Origin: an uncultured Gemmatimonadales bacterium
GTDB lineage: Bacteria > Gemmatimonadota > Gemmatimonadetes > Gemmatimonadales > GWC2-71-9
Assembly: GCA_963739455.1 (NCBI GenBank)
Contig: CAVUAK010000003.1
Location: forward strand, 224,001-288,000
Direction: 5' to 3'
Length of the DNA: 64,000 nt
Below the pieces are notes generated by a model, which did no database searches, was not told the origin of the DNA, and saw nothing but the letters and a program-made list of their open reading frames with translations. This document shows, piece after piece, positions 24,749-33,746 of this stretch. The translations under genes were made by a program, and so were the position numbers. Every line of letters begins with the position of its first letter. Positions within the stretch are counted from its first letter, which is position 1.

Positions 24749-25695
24749 ACGAGGTGCTGGCCGAGACCACGATGCGGCAACAGGCCACGGCCTGGGCGGC
24801 ATCGGTGCACGATGCTGCCACGGCGTTCTTTGCCAGCGCCGACGAGGGCGGGATGTTCGTCGAGGAGGTGTGGGAGCGTCCTGGCGGCGGTGGCGGCGTG
24901 TCCCGGCGCCTCGACGAGGGGAGCACCTTCGAGCGGGCAGGGGTCAACCGATCGGCGGTCGAGGGAGCGCTCGACCGGGAGCTCGCCGTGCGACTGGCGC
25001 TGCCACCTGAGGCCGCCGAGGGCTGCCGGTTCTTCGGAACTGGCGTGAGCCTGGTGGTGCATCCCCGGAGTCCGCGTATCCCCACGGTGCACCTCAATGT
25101 CCGCTATTTCGAGCTCACCAACCCCGCTGGCGACGTAATCGATGCCTGGTTCGGGGGCGGGACCGACCTGACGCCGACGTACCCGACGCCAGACGACGCC
25201 CGGCACTTTCATCGGGTGCTGGCGGAGACGTGTGCCCGCCACGATGCGGGGTATTACCCCAGGTTCAAGGGGTGGTGCGACCGGTATTTCCGGAACACCC
25301 ATCGGGACAACGAGGCGCGTGGTGTGGGGGGAATCTTCTTTGACCACCTGCGAGTGGCCGAACACGGATTTGAGCCGCTGATGGCGTTCGCGGGTGCGGT
25401 GGGTCGGGTGCTGCCCGAGGCCTATGGTCCGATCGTGGACCGCTGGCGCGGAGCCCCCTACGGCGAGTCCGAGCGCCGGCTCCAGCTGTTCCGGCGCGGT
25501 CGCTATGTTGAATTCAACCTTTTGCACGACCGGGGCACTACTTTCGGTCTCCAGAGTGGAGCCCGGACTGAGAGCGTCCTCATGAGCCTCCCCCCACTGG
25601 CACGGTGGGACACCGATGCCGCGATGGAGTCCGATGCCCTGGCCCAGGCGCTCCGCGCCATGCTCGTCCCTCAAGATTGGCTTGCCCCGACCTGA
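24745..25695 (+). CDS. hemF: Oxygen-dependent coproporphyrinogen III oxidase
   Basis: WERPGGGGG, GVSLVVHP..PTVHLNVRYF, WFGGGTDLTP, RGVGGIFFD, RRGRYVEFNL.DRGT.FGL, ESVLMSLPP. Confidence 0.97.
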   Translation: MNEVLAETTMRQQATAWAASVHDAATAFFASADEGGMFVEEVWERPGGGGGVSRRLDEGSTFERAGVNRSAVEGALDRELAVRLALPPEAAEGCRFFGTGVSLVVHPRSPRIPTVHLNVRYFELTNPAGDVIDAWFGGGTDLTPTYPTPDDARHFHRVLAETCARHDAGYYPRFKGWCDRYFRNTHRDNEARGVGGIFFDHLRVAEHGFEPLMAFAGAVGRVLPEAYGPIVDRWRGAPYGESERRLQLFRRGRYVEFNLLHDRGTTFGLQSGARTESVLMSLPPLARWDTDAAMESDALAQALRAMLVPQDWLAPT

Positions 25696-25700
25696 ATCTG

Positions 25701-25741
25701 CGTCATGTGTCTTGACATGACGGTGTCAACGCGGCATTACA
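25701..25741. promoter_or_regulatory. bphP upstream region: palindrome plus PpsR box
   Basis: CGTCATGT-N6-ACATGACG (25701-25722, contains TTGACA) followed by TGTCAACGCGGCATTACA (25724-25741, TGT-N12-ACA), ending 9 nt before the ATG. Confidence 0.8.
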
Positions 25742-25750
25742 TACGAGCCT

Positions 25751-28009
25751 ATGTCCGGTAACCATCCAAGCCCTGCCTTTGGCACGGCTGACCTTACCAA
25801 CTGCGATCGGGAACTCATTCAGCTCCCCGGCTCCGTTCAGCCGCACGGGGTCCTGCTGATCCTGCATCCTGAGCACCTGCGCGTCCTGCAGGCCTCCTCG
25901 AATGCCGAGGCGATCCTGGGTTCGTGGGGGGCATCGCCGCTGGGCAAGACCATCGATTCCCTGGACCCTGAGCTCGGTCTGCTGATCCGCCGCCTTCGGC
26001 ACAGCGACGAGCTGGCGGGGATCGTGCCTGCCGTGGCCCGTGCCGAGGATGAGAATGGGGTCCGGACGCTGGAGGCGATGATCCACCGGCTTCCCCGCGA
26101 GGGCATCGCCGTTGAGCTCGAGCCGGTGGCGCCCGACCCGGCAGGACGCTCGGCCGCTGAGGTGGCGCGGCAGGTATCCCAGATGCTCACCGATGGGATC
26201 GCTGCCATCAGCGTGGCGCCATCCCATGCGGCCCTGTATGGCGAGGTTGTGCGCGTCATGCGCGCCCTCTGCGGGTACGATCGCGTGATGGTGTACAAGT
26301 TTGATCCTGAGGGACACGGCGAAATCGTCGGCGAGGCGCGCCTCAACGACCTCGAGCCCTTCCTCGGCCTGCACTATCCCTCGAGCGACATTCCGCATCA
26401 GGCACGCGAGCTCTACCTGCGCAACCGGGTCCGCGTGCTGGTCGATGTCTCGTACCAGCCGGCGCAGCTCTTCCCGCGGCTCTCACCGATCACCGGAGCG
26501 GAAGTGGACATGTCGATGTCCTCGCTCCGCAGCATGTCGCCGCTGCACTTGCAATACCTCTCGAACATGGGTGTTCGCGCCACGCTGGTGACCTCGCTCG
26601 CCATCGGCGACCGGCTCTGGGGCCTGATTGCCTGTCACCACTATGCGCCCCGCTGGCTGCCGTACGAGGTGCGCGCCGCCGCCGGTATCCTGTCCGAGAT
26701 GGTGGCAGCGCGTCTTGCGGCTCTCGACAGCGTCGCGGCGACCGAGACGGAACACATCGTCCGCACCCTGGAGGACCAGGTGGTGGACTCGCTGGCTACC
26801 ACCGGCGACTGGCGCAATGCGCTGTTCGCCACGCCGCACCTGCTCCTGCAGACCGTGCGCGCGACCGGTGCTGCGCTGGTGCACGACGGGGCCCTCATCA
26901 CCACCGGCGAAGTGCCGTCGTCGGACGACATCCGGGCCGTGGTGCGCTGGCTGGAGGAGCAGCATCCCGGCGAGCCGGTGGTGCGAAGTGACGCGATGAG
27001 TCGCTCGGAGCCAACCCTCCGGCACATCGCAGGAGCGGCTGCCGGCGTGATGGCCATCGCGCTGTCGGCCAGGTCGCGAGACTACCTGCTCTGGTTCCGT
27101 CCGGAACAGCACCAGACGATCCGGTGGGCCGGTGACCCGCGCAAGCCGGTCGACCCCAATGACCCGAAGCAGCTGTCGCCGCGACGCTCCTTCGCGGTGT
27201 GGACCGAGGTGACGCGCGGCTCCTGCCGGCCGTGGACCGAGTCCGAAGAGGGCACGGCGCGCGCGATCCGCTCGTCGCTGGTGGACATGGTGCAGCAGGT
27301 GCAGGCGGTGCGGGTGCTGATCGCGCAGGAGCAGTTCTCGCGCATGATGCAGGTGGTGCAGCTCGCGTCCGAACCCACGCTCATCATGAGCCGCGCGGGC
27401 CAGGTCGTGCTGGTGAACGACGCCTTCCGGGCACTGCTGGGGCCGATGCCCACCGACCTGACGTCGGCCGAGGACCTGTCGCGGCTGCTGGGAGATGACG
27501 GCGCGGTGAACGCCATGCTCACGGCGGTGCGGGCGGAGCAGCGTCCGTGGGCCGGGGAGCTGCTCCTCACGACGCCGGACGGTGAGCGGGTGCCGCTCGC
27601 GGTGCGGGCTGATCCGGTGCCGGGCGATGACGGGATGGAACTGGGCTGCATCATCTTCGCGTCCGACGAGCGTCCGCGCCGGAAGGCGGAGGCGGCGCAG
27701 CAGCGCGTGCAGGACAGCCTGCTCGAGGCGCATCGTCGCTCGACCCGCTCCACACCCGTCGACGCGGACACGGCGCGCGGTTTCGGCGCGATGATGGATG
27801 CGATCCTGAGCACGGCGCGCCGTTCGTTCACGGACATCAGCGGCGAACCAGGAACGCACCCGCTGCCCTCGGCGCTGGCGAGCGTCGAGGACATGACGCG
27901 CCGCGCCGCCGCGATGGCGCTGCACCTCGAGGGGTATACGGCGGCGCGCCGCAAGCGGCAGTCCGTGGTCGTGAAGGATCCCGCTGGCGGGTCAGGGCAG
28001 CGCGGCTGA
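25751..28009 (+). CDS. bphP: Bacteriophytochrome, BphP1-type (PAS-GAF-PHY-PAS plus helical output, no histidine kinase)
   Basis: DLTNCDRELIQLPGSVQPHG (biliverdin Cys), YDRVMVYKF, YPSSDIPHQAR, LRSMSPLHLQYL, WAGDP..LSPRRSF; C-terminal PAS and about 100 aa helical tail without H-box or HATPase motifs. Confidence 0.93.
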   Translation: MSGNHPSPAFGTADLTNCDRELIQLPGSVQPHGVLLILHPEHLRVLQASSNAEAILGSWGASPLGKTIDSLDPELGLLIRRLRHSDELAGIVPAVARAEDENGVRTLEAMIHRLPREGIAVELEPVAPDPAGRSAAEVARQVSQMLTDGIAAISVAPSHAALYGEVVRVMRALCGYDRVMVYKFDPEGHGEIVGEARLNDLEPFLGLHYPSSDIPHQARELYLRNRVRVLVDVSYQPAQLFPRLSPITGAEVDMSMSSLRSMSPLHLQYLSNMGVRATLVTSLAIGDRLWGLIACHHYAPRWLPYEVRAAAGILSEMVAARLAALDSVAATETEHIVRTLEDQVVDSLATTGDWRNALFATPHLLLQTVRATGAALVHDGALITTGEVPSSDDIRAVVRWLEEQHPGEPVVRSDAMSRSEPTLRHIAGAAAGVMAIALSARSRDYLLWFRPEQHQTIRWAGDPRKPVDPNDPKQLSPRRSFAVWTEVTRGSCRPWTESEEGTARAIRSSLVDMVQQVQAVRVLIAQEQFSRMMQVVQLASEPTLIMSRAGQVVLVNDAFRALLGPMPTDLTSAEDLSRLLGDDGAVNAMLTAVRAEQRPWAGELLLTTPDGERVPLAVRADPVPGDDGMELGCIIFASDERPRRKAEAAQQRVQDSLLEAHRRSTRSTPVDADTARGFGAMMDAILSTARRSFTDISGEPGTHPLPSALASVEDMTRRAAAMALHLEGYTAARRKRQSVVVKDPAGGSGQRG

Positions 28010-28060
28010 CGCCAGCGTAACCGACCCGACGCGTTAGGAAGGGCGTGGTGCAACGTATCC

Positions 28061-28086
28061 GGACGGGGTCCCTCGGGACCCCGTCC
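28061..28086. terminator. Perfect 12-bp inverted repeat after bphP
   Basis: GGACGGGGTCCC-TC-GGGACCCCGTCC. Confidence 0.55.
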
Positions 28087-28157
28087 TTGCTATATTGCGG
28101 GCTCTTGCGGCGCCCCCGTGGTGCTGCCCGGTGACTATTCCATTGTGAGGCTACTGT

Positions 28158-28592
28158 ATGCGATTGACTCGAAGGGGAGCCACTGTGGGCGCGGCGCTCT
28201 TTGCGCTGACAGCGATGGTGACGCTCGCCGCCTGCAGCGATGACAACAACGGGCCGACGCGCGTCTATCTGACGGGCGACTACACGGTGACTGGCCTGTG
28301 GCAGGGTGCTCCGGGCGACACGCCGAATCCGCAGCCCGTGGGTCCGGGCGCGACCGCGGTCCTCACCACCACGAACTACAACATCAACATCCCGGCCATC
28401 GAGACCGTAACTACCGGCACCTACGCGGCCTTCAGTGACGGCACCTTTACGCAGGATGGCACCGTCACCATCGCTGGCGGCGCACCGCAGGACATCCAGT
28501 GCACCGGGACGTTCACCGATGTTTCAAATGTCGTGACGGTCAACACCATCTGTCTCGGCCAGCGCACCGTGACGGTGCTCCAGCGGGACTGA
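28158..28592 (+). CDS. Small secreted lipoprotein, beta-rich, unknown function
   Basis: Signal peptide with lipobox LAAC; Thr/Gly-rich beta pattern and a Cys pair near the C-terminus. Confidence 0.75.
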   Translation: MRLTRRGATVGAALFALTAMVTLAACSDDNNGPTRVYLTGDYTVTGLWQGAPGDTPNPQPVGPGATAVLTTTNYNINIPAIETVTTGTYAAFSDGTFTQDGTVTIAGGAPQDIQCTGTFTDVSNVVTVNTICLGQRTVTVLQRD

Positions 28593-28613
28593 CGATTGCG
28601 CAGTGGGTGCGAG

Positions 28614-30800
28614 ATGAACACGCCGCACTTCGTGGGTAACGGGCGAGGGACTTCCCTCGCCCGTGTCGCTCTGGCGCTGGGTGTCCTGCTCCTGGCTGCC
28701 TCGGGCGCCAGCGCGCAGACCGCCTCAATCAACGGCGTCGTCCGCGATGCGGAGACCGGCGTCGCCGTCGAGGGAGCGTCGGTGCAGGTCCGCGGTACGC
28801 TCCTCAGTACCGTCACCAATGGAGAGGGACAGTTTTCGCTCTCCGGTGTCCCGGTCACACCACACACCGTTCGAGTCATCGCCATCGGCTATGCGGCCGA
28901 CAGCATTCCCGGGTTGACGCTCACCGCAGGCGAGAACCGGACGCTCGCGATCTCGATGCATCGCACGCCGCTCGACCTGCAGGAGATCGTCGTCACGGCG
29001 AGCCGCCTCTCGGAGCGCCGCGCCGAGACGCCGGCGAGCGTGTCGGTGCTGCCCTTCAGCGAGATCCTCAGCCGCAATGTCACCTTCCTCAACCGGGCTC
29101 TCGAGTTCGTGCCAGGGGTGACGTTCAACGGTCCCGACCAGATGGACATCCGCGGTTCCACCGGCTTTGCGCGCGGTGTCGGGAGTCGGGTCCTCATGCT
29201 GGTGGATGGGCACCCGGCACTCACCGCCGATGGCGGCGAGATCAATTTCCGGGCGTTGCCCGTCATCGACCTCGCACGGACCGAAGTGGTGAAGGGGGCC
29301 TACTCGGCGCTGTACGGCAGCAATGCACTGGGTGGCGTGGTCAACCTGATCACCACGCCGGTGAACAGCCAGCCCACCACTTCGGCCAGGGCCAATTTCG
29401 CTGCCTATGACGTGCCGTCGGGATATCGCTGGAACGATGGACTGCTGAACTCGCAGGGGCTGGAACTGCAGCATGGACGACAGCTCGGTCCGGTGGGCGC
29501 CCGCGCGTACGTCGGGTACCAGGGCACCGACGGATACACCCAGAACGGCCAGAACCACATCTGGATGACGCGCCTCAAGTTCCAGTCGAAGCCGACGGCC
29601 GCGCACCAGTGGGATGCCTTCGCCCTCTACACCAACGAGAAGTCGCAGGAATTCCTCACTTGGCGCGCCGACAGCCTGCCATACGAGGTGTCCCCCCAGT
29701 TCCTGGGAGACTACGCCCGCGACCAGGTGTTCCTCTCGGGGGCGACGGTAGCGGCGGTGGCCACGGCGAGGACGCTGCTGAAGTTCAGCCCGTTCCTCAC
29801 CTGGAACTCGTCGCAGAACCACTTTACCGAGAACCAGGATCACCACGCCGCGATCAAGCCGGGGATGGTGGTGGCGCTCACGCAGGCCCTCAGCCCGAAG
29901 AACAGCCTCACACTGGGTGCCGACGGGGCCTTTACGTCCGTCAGCTCGAACTTCATCGGGTCGCCGCACATCGTGGACGCGGCGATGTTCGTCCAGGACG
30001 AGATGCGGTTCAGCGGCAACCTGCGGGGTGAGGCGGGCATGCGTGCCGACTATCACAACGCCAACACCGCGCTCTCGGAGTTCGTGGTGAGCCCCAAGAT
30101 CGGCGCCTCACTCCGGCTGTCGCACGCCGTCACCCTCCGCAGTTCGATCGGGGCAGGGTACCGGGCGCCCAGTGCCATCGAGCAGTTCGTGAACACCTTC
30201 CAGTTCGGCTTCCAGGTACTCCCGAACCCGACGCTGCAGGGTGAGCGTTCCTGGTCGGCGGAGGTGGGAACGAACGCGGTGCTGTGGAACAAGGTGCAGG
30301 TCGACGCCGCGGTGTTCGGGAGCCGGTACTACAACCTGATCGGCCCCTCTGCCATTCCCGGCCAGATCCCGCTCGTGTTCCAGTTCCAGAACATCTCCAA
30401 TGCGCGAGTGCTCGGCATCGACGTTGGCGCCAATGCCACGATCAATCCGCGCTGGCTCAACGTCGCGGCGACGTTCCTGTACCTGAACAGCGAGGACCTG
30501 GATACCGGTCGGCCGCTGCCATATCGGTCGAAATTCAACGTGACGGGCACCGTGACGACGCTGCAGGGTCGTGCCGGCGTCGACGTTCACTACCGGACAG
30601 TGGCGGAAGAGGTACTCGCGTTCCCGCTCGACCCACGGCAGAACATCCTCGTGTTCGATGTGCGGCTTGAGCAGAGGCTGGTGGGGGTGTTGTGGCAGTT
30701 GAAGGTGTCGAACTTGTTCAATACCTTCTACACCGATGTGCTGGAACGAAATCCGAGCGCGCCGAGGATGGTCGGGTTGACGGCAGTCTACGGTCTTTGA
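28614..30800 (+). CDS. TonB-dependent receptor with N-terminal carboxypeptidase-regulatory-like domain
   Basis: Signal peptide, INGVVRDAETG..GASV, LQEIVVTASR, plug (IRG, RVLMLVDG, EVVKGAYSALYGSNALGGVVNLIT), barrel motifs (YRAPS, NP.LQGE, VSNLFN). Confidence 0.9.
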   Translation: MNTPHFVGNGRGTSLARVALALGVLLLAASGASAQTASINGVVRDAETGVAVEGASVQVRGTLLSTVTNGEGQFSLSGVPVTPHTVRVIAIGYAADSIPGLTLTAGENRTLAISMHRTPLDLQEIVVTASRLSERRAETPASVSVLPFSEILSRNVTFLNRALEFVPGVTFNGPDQMDIRGSTGFARGVGSRVLMLVDGHPALTADGGEINFRALPVIDLARTEVVKGAYSALYGSNALGGVVNLITTPVNSQPTTSARANFAAYDVPSGYRWNDGLLNSQGLELQHGRQLGPVGARAYVGYQGTDGYTQNGQNHIWMTRLKFQSKPTAAHQWDAFALYTNEKSQEFLTWRADSLPYEVSPQFLGDYARDQVFLSGATVAAVATARTLLKFSPFLTWNSSQNHFTENQDHHAAIKPGMVVALTQALSPKNSLTLGADGAFTSVSSNFIGSPHIVDAAMFVQDEMRFSGNLRGEAGMRADYHNANTALSEFVVSPKIGASLRLSHAVTLRSSIGAGYRAPSAIEQFVNTFQFGFQVLPNPTLQGERSWSAEVGTNAVLWNKVQVDAAVFGSRYYNLIGPSAIPGQIPLVFQFQNISNARVLGIDVGANATINPRWLNVAATFLYLNSEDLDTGRPLPYRSKFNVTGTVTTLQGRAGVDVHYRTVAEEVLAFPLDPRQNILVFDVRLEQRLVGVLWQLKVSNLFNTFYTDVLERNPSAPRMVGLTAVYGL

Positions 30801-30826
30801 AGGGTCTTCTTCCCGCTTCCCGCCGT

Positions 30827-31735
30827 TTATAGAATCCGCAGGCCGAACGCGCTCGTAACAAGTCCCACACACAAGTCCGCAGTGCGGTTCATCGAGTCGA
30901 GTACCGGGTTGATCTCCACGATATCCATCGATACCAGCTTGCCCGCATCGGCTACCATCTCCATGGCGAGGTGTGCCTCCCGATAGGTGGCACCGCCACG
31001 GACCGGCGTGCCGACGCCGGGGGCCTGAGCCGGGTCGACCCAGTCGGCATCGCAGGACAGGTGGAATCCCGCCGTTCCGTTCGAGGCGATGTCGATGGCC
31101 TCGCGCATCACGTCCTTGAGTCCGCGCTCGTCGACATCGCGCATGGTGAAGACCTTGACCCCGAACTGACGGATATTCGCCCGCTCGGCGGGGTCGAGGT
31201 CGCGCACGCCGACGAGCACGGTGTGCTTCGCCAGGATGGCCGGGGCGGGATGGGCCAGGTTCACCATGGCGGGGTCACCGTGCCCCACGAGGTGGGCGAC
31301 AGGCATGCCGTGGACGTTGCCGGTCTCGGATGACGTGGGGGTATTGAGGTCGCCGTGGGCGTCGAGCCAGATGAGCCCGATGCGCTCCTTCCGCTCGGCG
31401 AACGCCGTGGCGACGCCAGCCACGGAACCGGCGCCCAGCGAGTGATCACCGCCGAGCACAAGGGGTGCGAACCCGTCGCGAACCGCCGCCGCGGTGCGCT
31501 CGCTCAGGACCCGGCACACTTCGGTGATGGCGGGGAGCAGGTCGAGGGCGGTGTTGATGTTGGGCAGCGCCTCGCGCTCCGGTACGCGGATGTTCCCGGT
31601 GTCCTCCACCTCGTGTCCCAGGGCCTCGAGCCGCGCCTCGAGCTGGGCGATGCGCAGGGCCGACGGCCCCATGTCGACGCCGCGGCGGCTGGCACCGAGG
31701 TCGAGCGGGACACCAATGATGCGAATGCGACCCAT
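30827..31735 (-). CDS. rocF: Arginase
   Basis: GVPLDLGASRRGVDMGP, GGDHS, WLDAHGDLNTP, GNVHGMP, PGVGTPVRGG, DIVEINP. Confidence 0.95.
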   Translation of the reverse strand: MGRIRIIGVPLDLGASRRGVDMGPSALRIAQLEARLEALGHEVEDTGNIRVPEREALPNINTALDLLPAITEVCRVLSERTAAAVRDGFAPLVLGGDHSLGAGSVAGVATAFAERKERIGLIWLDAHGDLNTPTSSETGNVHGMPVAHLVGHGDPAMVNLAHPAPAILAKHTVLVGVRDLDPAERANIRQFGVKVFTMRDVDERGLKDVMREAIDIASNGTAGFHLSCDADWVDPAQAPGVGTPVRGGATYREAHLAMEMVADAGKLVSMDIVEINPVLDSMNRTADLCVGLVTSAFGLRIL

Positions 31736-31798
31736 GCATGGCTCCGGGTTGGCGGGCACGTCGATTCGGGGAGGATAATAGCGTATTCTTCCCGGCGG

Positions 31799-33266
31799 AT
31801 GACCCTCGACGACCTGCTCGGATCCATCGGTCCCCTCTGGCCCACACTGCTCGCCGCGCTCGGCATCCTTGTCGCGCTGGGCACGTCGGCGCACATCGTC
31901 CTCTTCAAGAGCGACGTGCGCGCGGCGATCGGCTGGGCGGGACTGGTGTGGCTGGCCCCATTTGTCGGCGCGATCCTGTACTGGCTGCTCGGCATCAACC
32001 GGATTCGGCGGCGTGCGGGGCGCATGCGCCGCGGCAATGCGCTGGCCCAGGACTTCACCCAGGAGATCGCACTCAAGCAGGAAGAGGCGACCTTCCTTCC
32101 CGCGACGATGCCGACCCGGTTCGGGGCGCTCGCCACGGCGGTGGGCACCACGTCGGGCCAGTCGCTGATGCCCGGCAACACCGTCGAGCCACTCATCGAT
32201 GGTGACCAGGCGTATCCCGCCATGCTGGCTGCGATCGATGCCGCCACGACGACCATCGGCATGACGAGCTACATCTTCGACCACGACCGTGCCGGCCTGC
32301 AGTTCGCCGACGCCCTGGCGCGCGCGGCGGCACGCGGTGTCGAGGTGCGGGTGCTGATCGACGGGGTGGGGGCGCGCTACAGCAAGCCGCCCATCACGGG
32401 CGTCCTGACCGCGCGCGGCGTCCGGAATGCGCGCTTCCTGCCGCACATCTTTCCCCTCGCCAATCCGTACTTCAACCTGCGCAGCCACCGGAAGATCATG
32501 GTGGTCGATGGCCGCATCGGGTTCGTCGGCGGGATGAACGTGCGCGAGGGGTGCGTGCTGGCGGTGCCGTCGAAGGAACCGACACAGGACATTCATGCGC
32601 GGATCACCGGGCCCGGTGGTGCGCCAGTTCGTGGAGACCTTCGCCTTCGACTGGCACTTCACCACGAAGGAAGTGCTGGAGGGTCCGGCCTGGTACCCGC
32701 CGCTCGAGGCGACGGGGCATGTGGTGGCCCGGGGCATTCCCGACGGGCCAGACGAGGACTTCGAGACGCTGCACGACACGATCCTGAGTGCGCTGTCCAT
32801 TGCGCACCACACGGTGCAGATCGTCACGCCGTACTTCCTGCCGGATGAACCGCTGATCGACGCGCTCCGGGTCGCCGCGATGCGCGGGGTGCGGGTGGAC
32901 CTCGTGCTGCCGGAGAAGAACAACCTGACCATCGTGACCTGGGCCGCCATCGCGCAGCTGTGGCATGTGCTGCGGTGGGGCGTGCGGGTCTACTTCTCGA
33001 AGCCCCCGTTCGACCACTCCAAGATCATGGTGGTCGACGGGACGTGGTCGATGATCGGCTCGGCCAACTGGGACCCGCGGAGCCTGCGACTCAACTTCGA
33101 GTACAATGTGGAGTGCTACGACGCGGCGCTGGCGCAGGAGCTGAGTGCGGTGGTGCAGCGCAAGATCGCGACGGGGAAGCCGTACACGCCGGCGGACTGG
33201 CAGCGGCAGAGACTCTTCCAGAAGCTGCGGGGCGGCGTGGTGAGGCTGGGGCAGCCGTATCTGTGA
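31799..33266 (+). CDS. cls: Cardiolipin synthase (PLD family); one frameshift near 32613
   Basis: Two N-terminal TM helices and two HKD motifs (HRKIMVVDG, HSKIMVVDG) split over ORFs 31799- and -33266. Confidence 0.88.
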
Positions 33267-33316
33267 CATGAAGACGTGAAGACGTGAGGTAACCAATTGC
33301 CTGGGAGTGAGGAAAC

Positions 33317-33592
33317 ATGACTGACGAGACGACACCACCGCCGGAATGGCGTGCGCGGATCGAGAAGATCTTCCAGGACCTGCAGCCCGAGATCGATGAG
33401 CTGAAGGTGAAGCTGCACCTGGCCAAGGCCGACGCGAAGGACGAGTGGGCGAAGTGGGAAGAGAAGCTCGCCGACTACAAGGTGAAGGCGGATCGCACGG
33501 GCGGCGAGGCCGGGGACATCCTGGAGGAGAAGGCGAAGGTGATCGCGGCGGAACTGCGGGACGGGATCGAGAAGCTCCGGAAGCTGGTCTAG
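33317..33592 (+). CDS. Small coiled-coil hypothetical protein
   Basis: 91 aa charged helical ORF (EIDELKVKLHLAKADAKDEW) with GAGG RBS and host-like codon usage. Confidence 0.75.
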   Translation: MTDETTPPPEWRARIEKIFQDLQPEIDELKVKLHLAKADAKDEWAKWEEKLADYKVKADRTGGEAGDILEEKAKVIAAELRDGIEKLRKLV

Positions 33593-33744
33593 GGCTTCTT
33601 CTCCCGTCCCCGCTGCCGCACCGCCTCGCGGAGCAGGAACTCGATCTGCCCGTTCAGGCTCCGCAGTTCGTCGTCGGCCAGGCGCTGGACCGCGTCCAGG
33701 AGGTCGCGGTCCACGCGCAGCAGGAAGGGTTTACGCTCCGCCAC
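33589..33744 (-). CDS. Arc/ribbon-helix-helix DNA-binding protein (51 aa; not in the ORF track)
   Basis: Manual translation: MAERKPFLLRVDRDLLDAVQRLADDELRSLNGQIEFLLREAVRQRGREKKP; starts 2 nt after the SPFH stop. Confidence 0.8.
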   Translation of the reverse strand: MAERKPFLLRVDRDLLDAVQRLADDELRSLNGQIEFLLREAVRQRGREKKP

Positions 33745-33746
33745 GA

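Noticed and set aside
28010..28157. Possible cobalamin riboswitch before the lipoprotein/TonB receptor
   Set aside because: No B12 box or GGGAA core elements visible; only a simple hairpin.
30827..32950. 707-aa ORF suggesting an arginase with a long N-terminal extension
   Set aside because: The extension is the antisense shadow of cls; arginase homology starts at ATG 31735.
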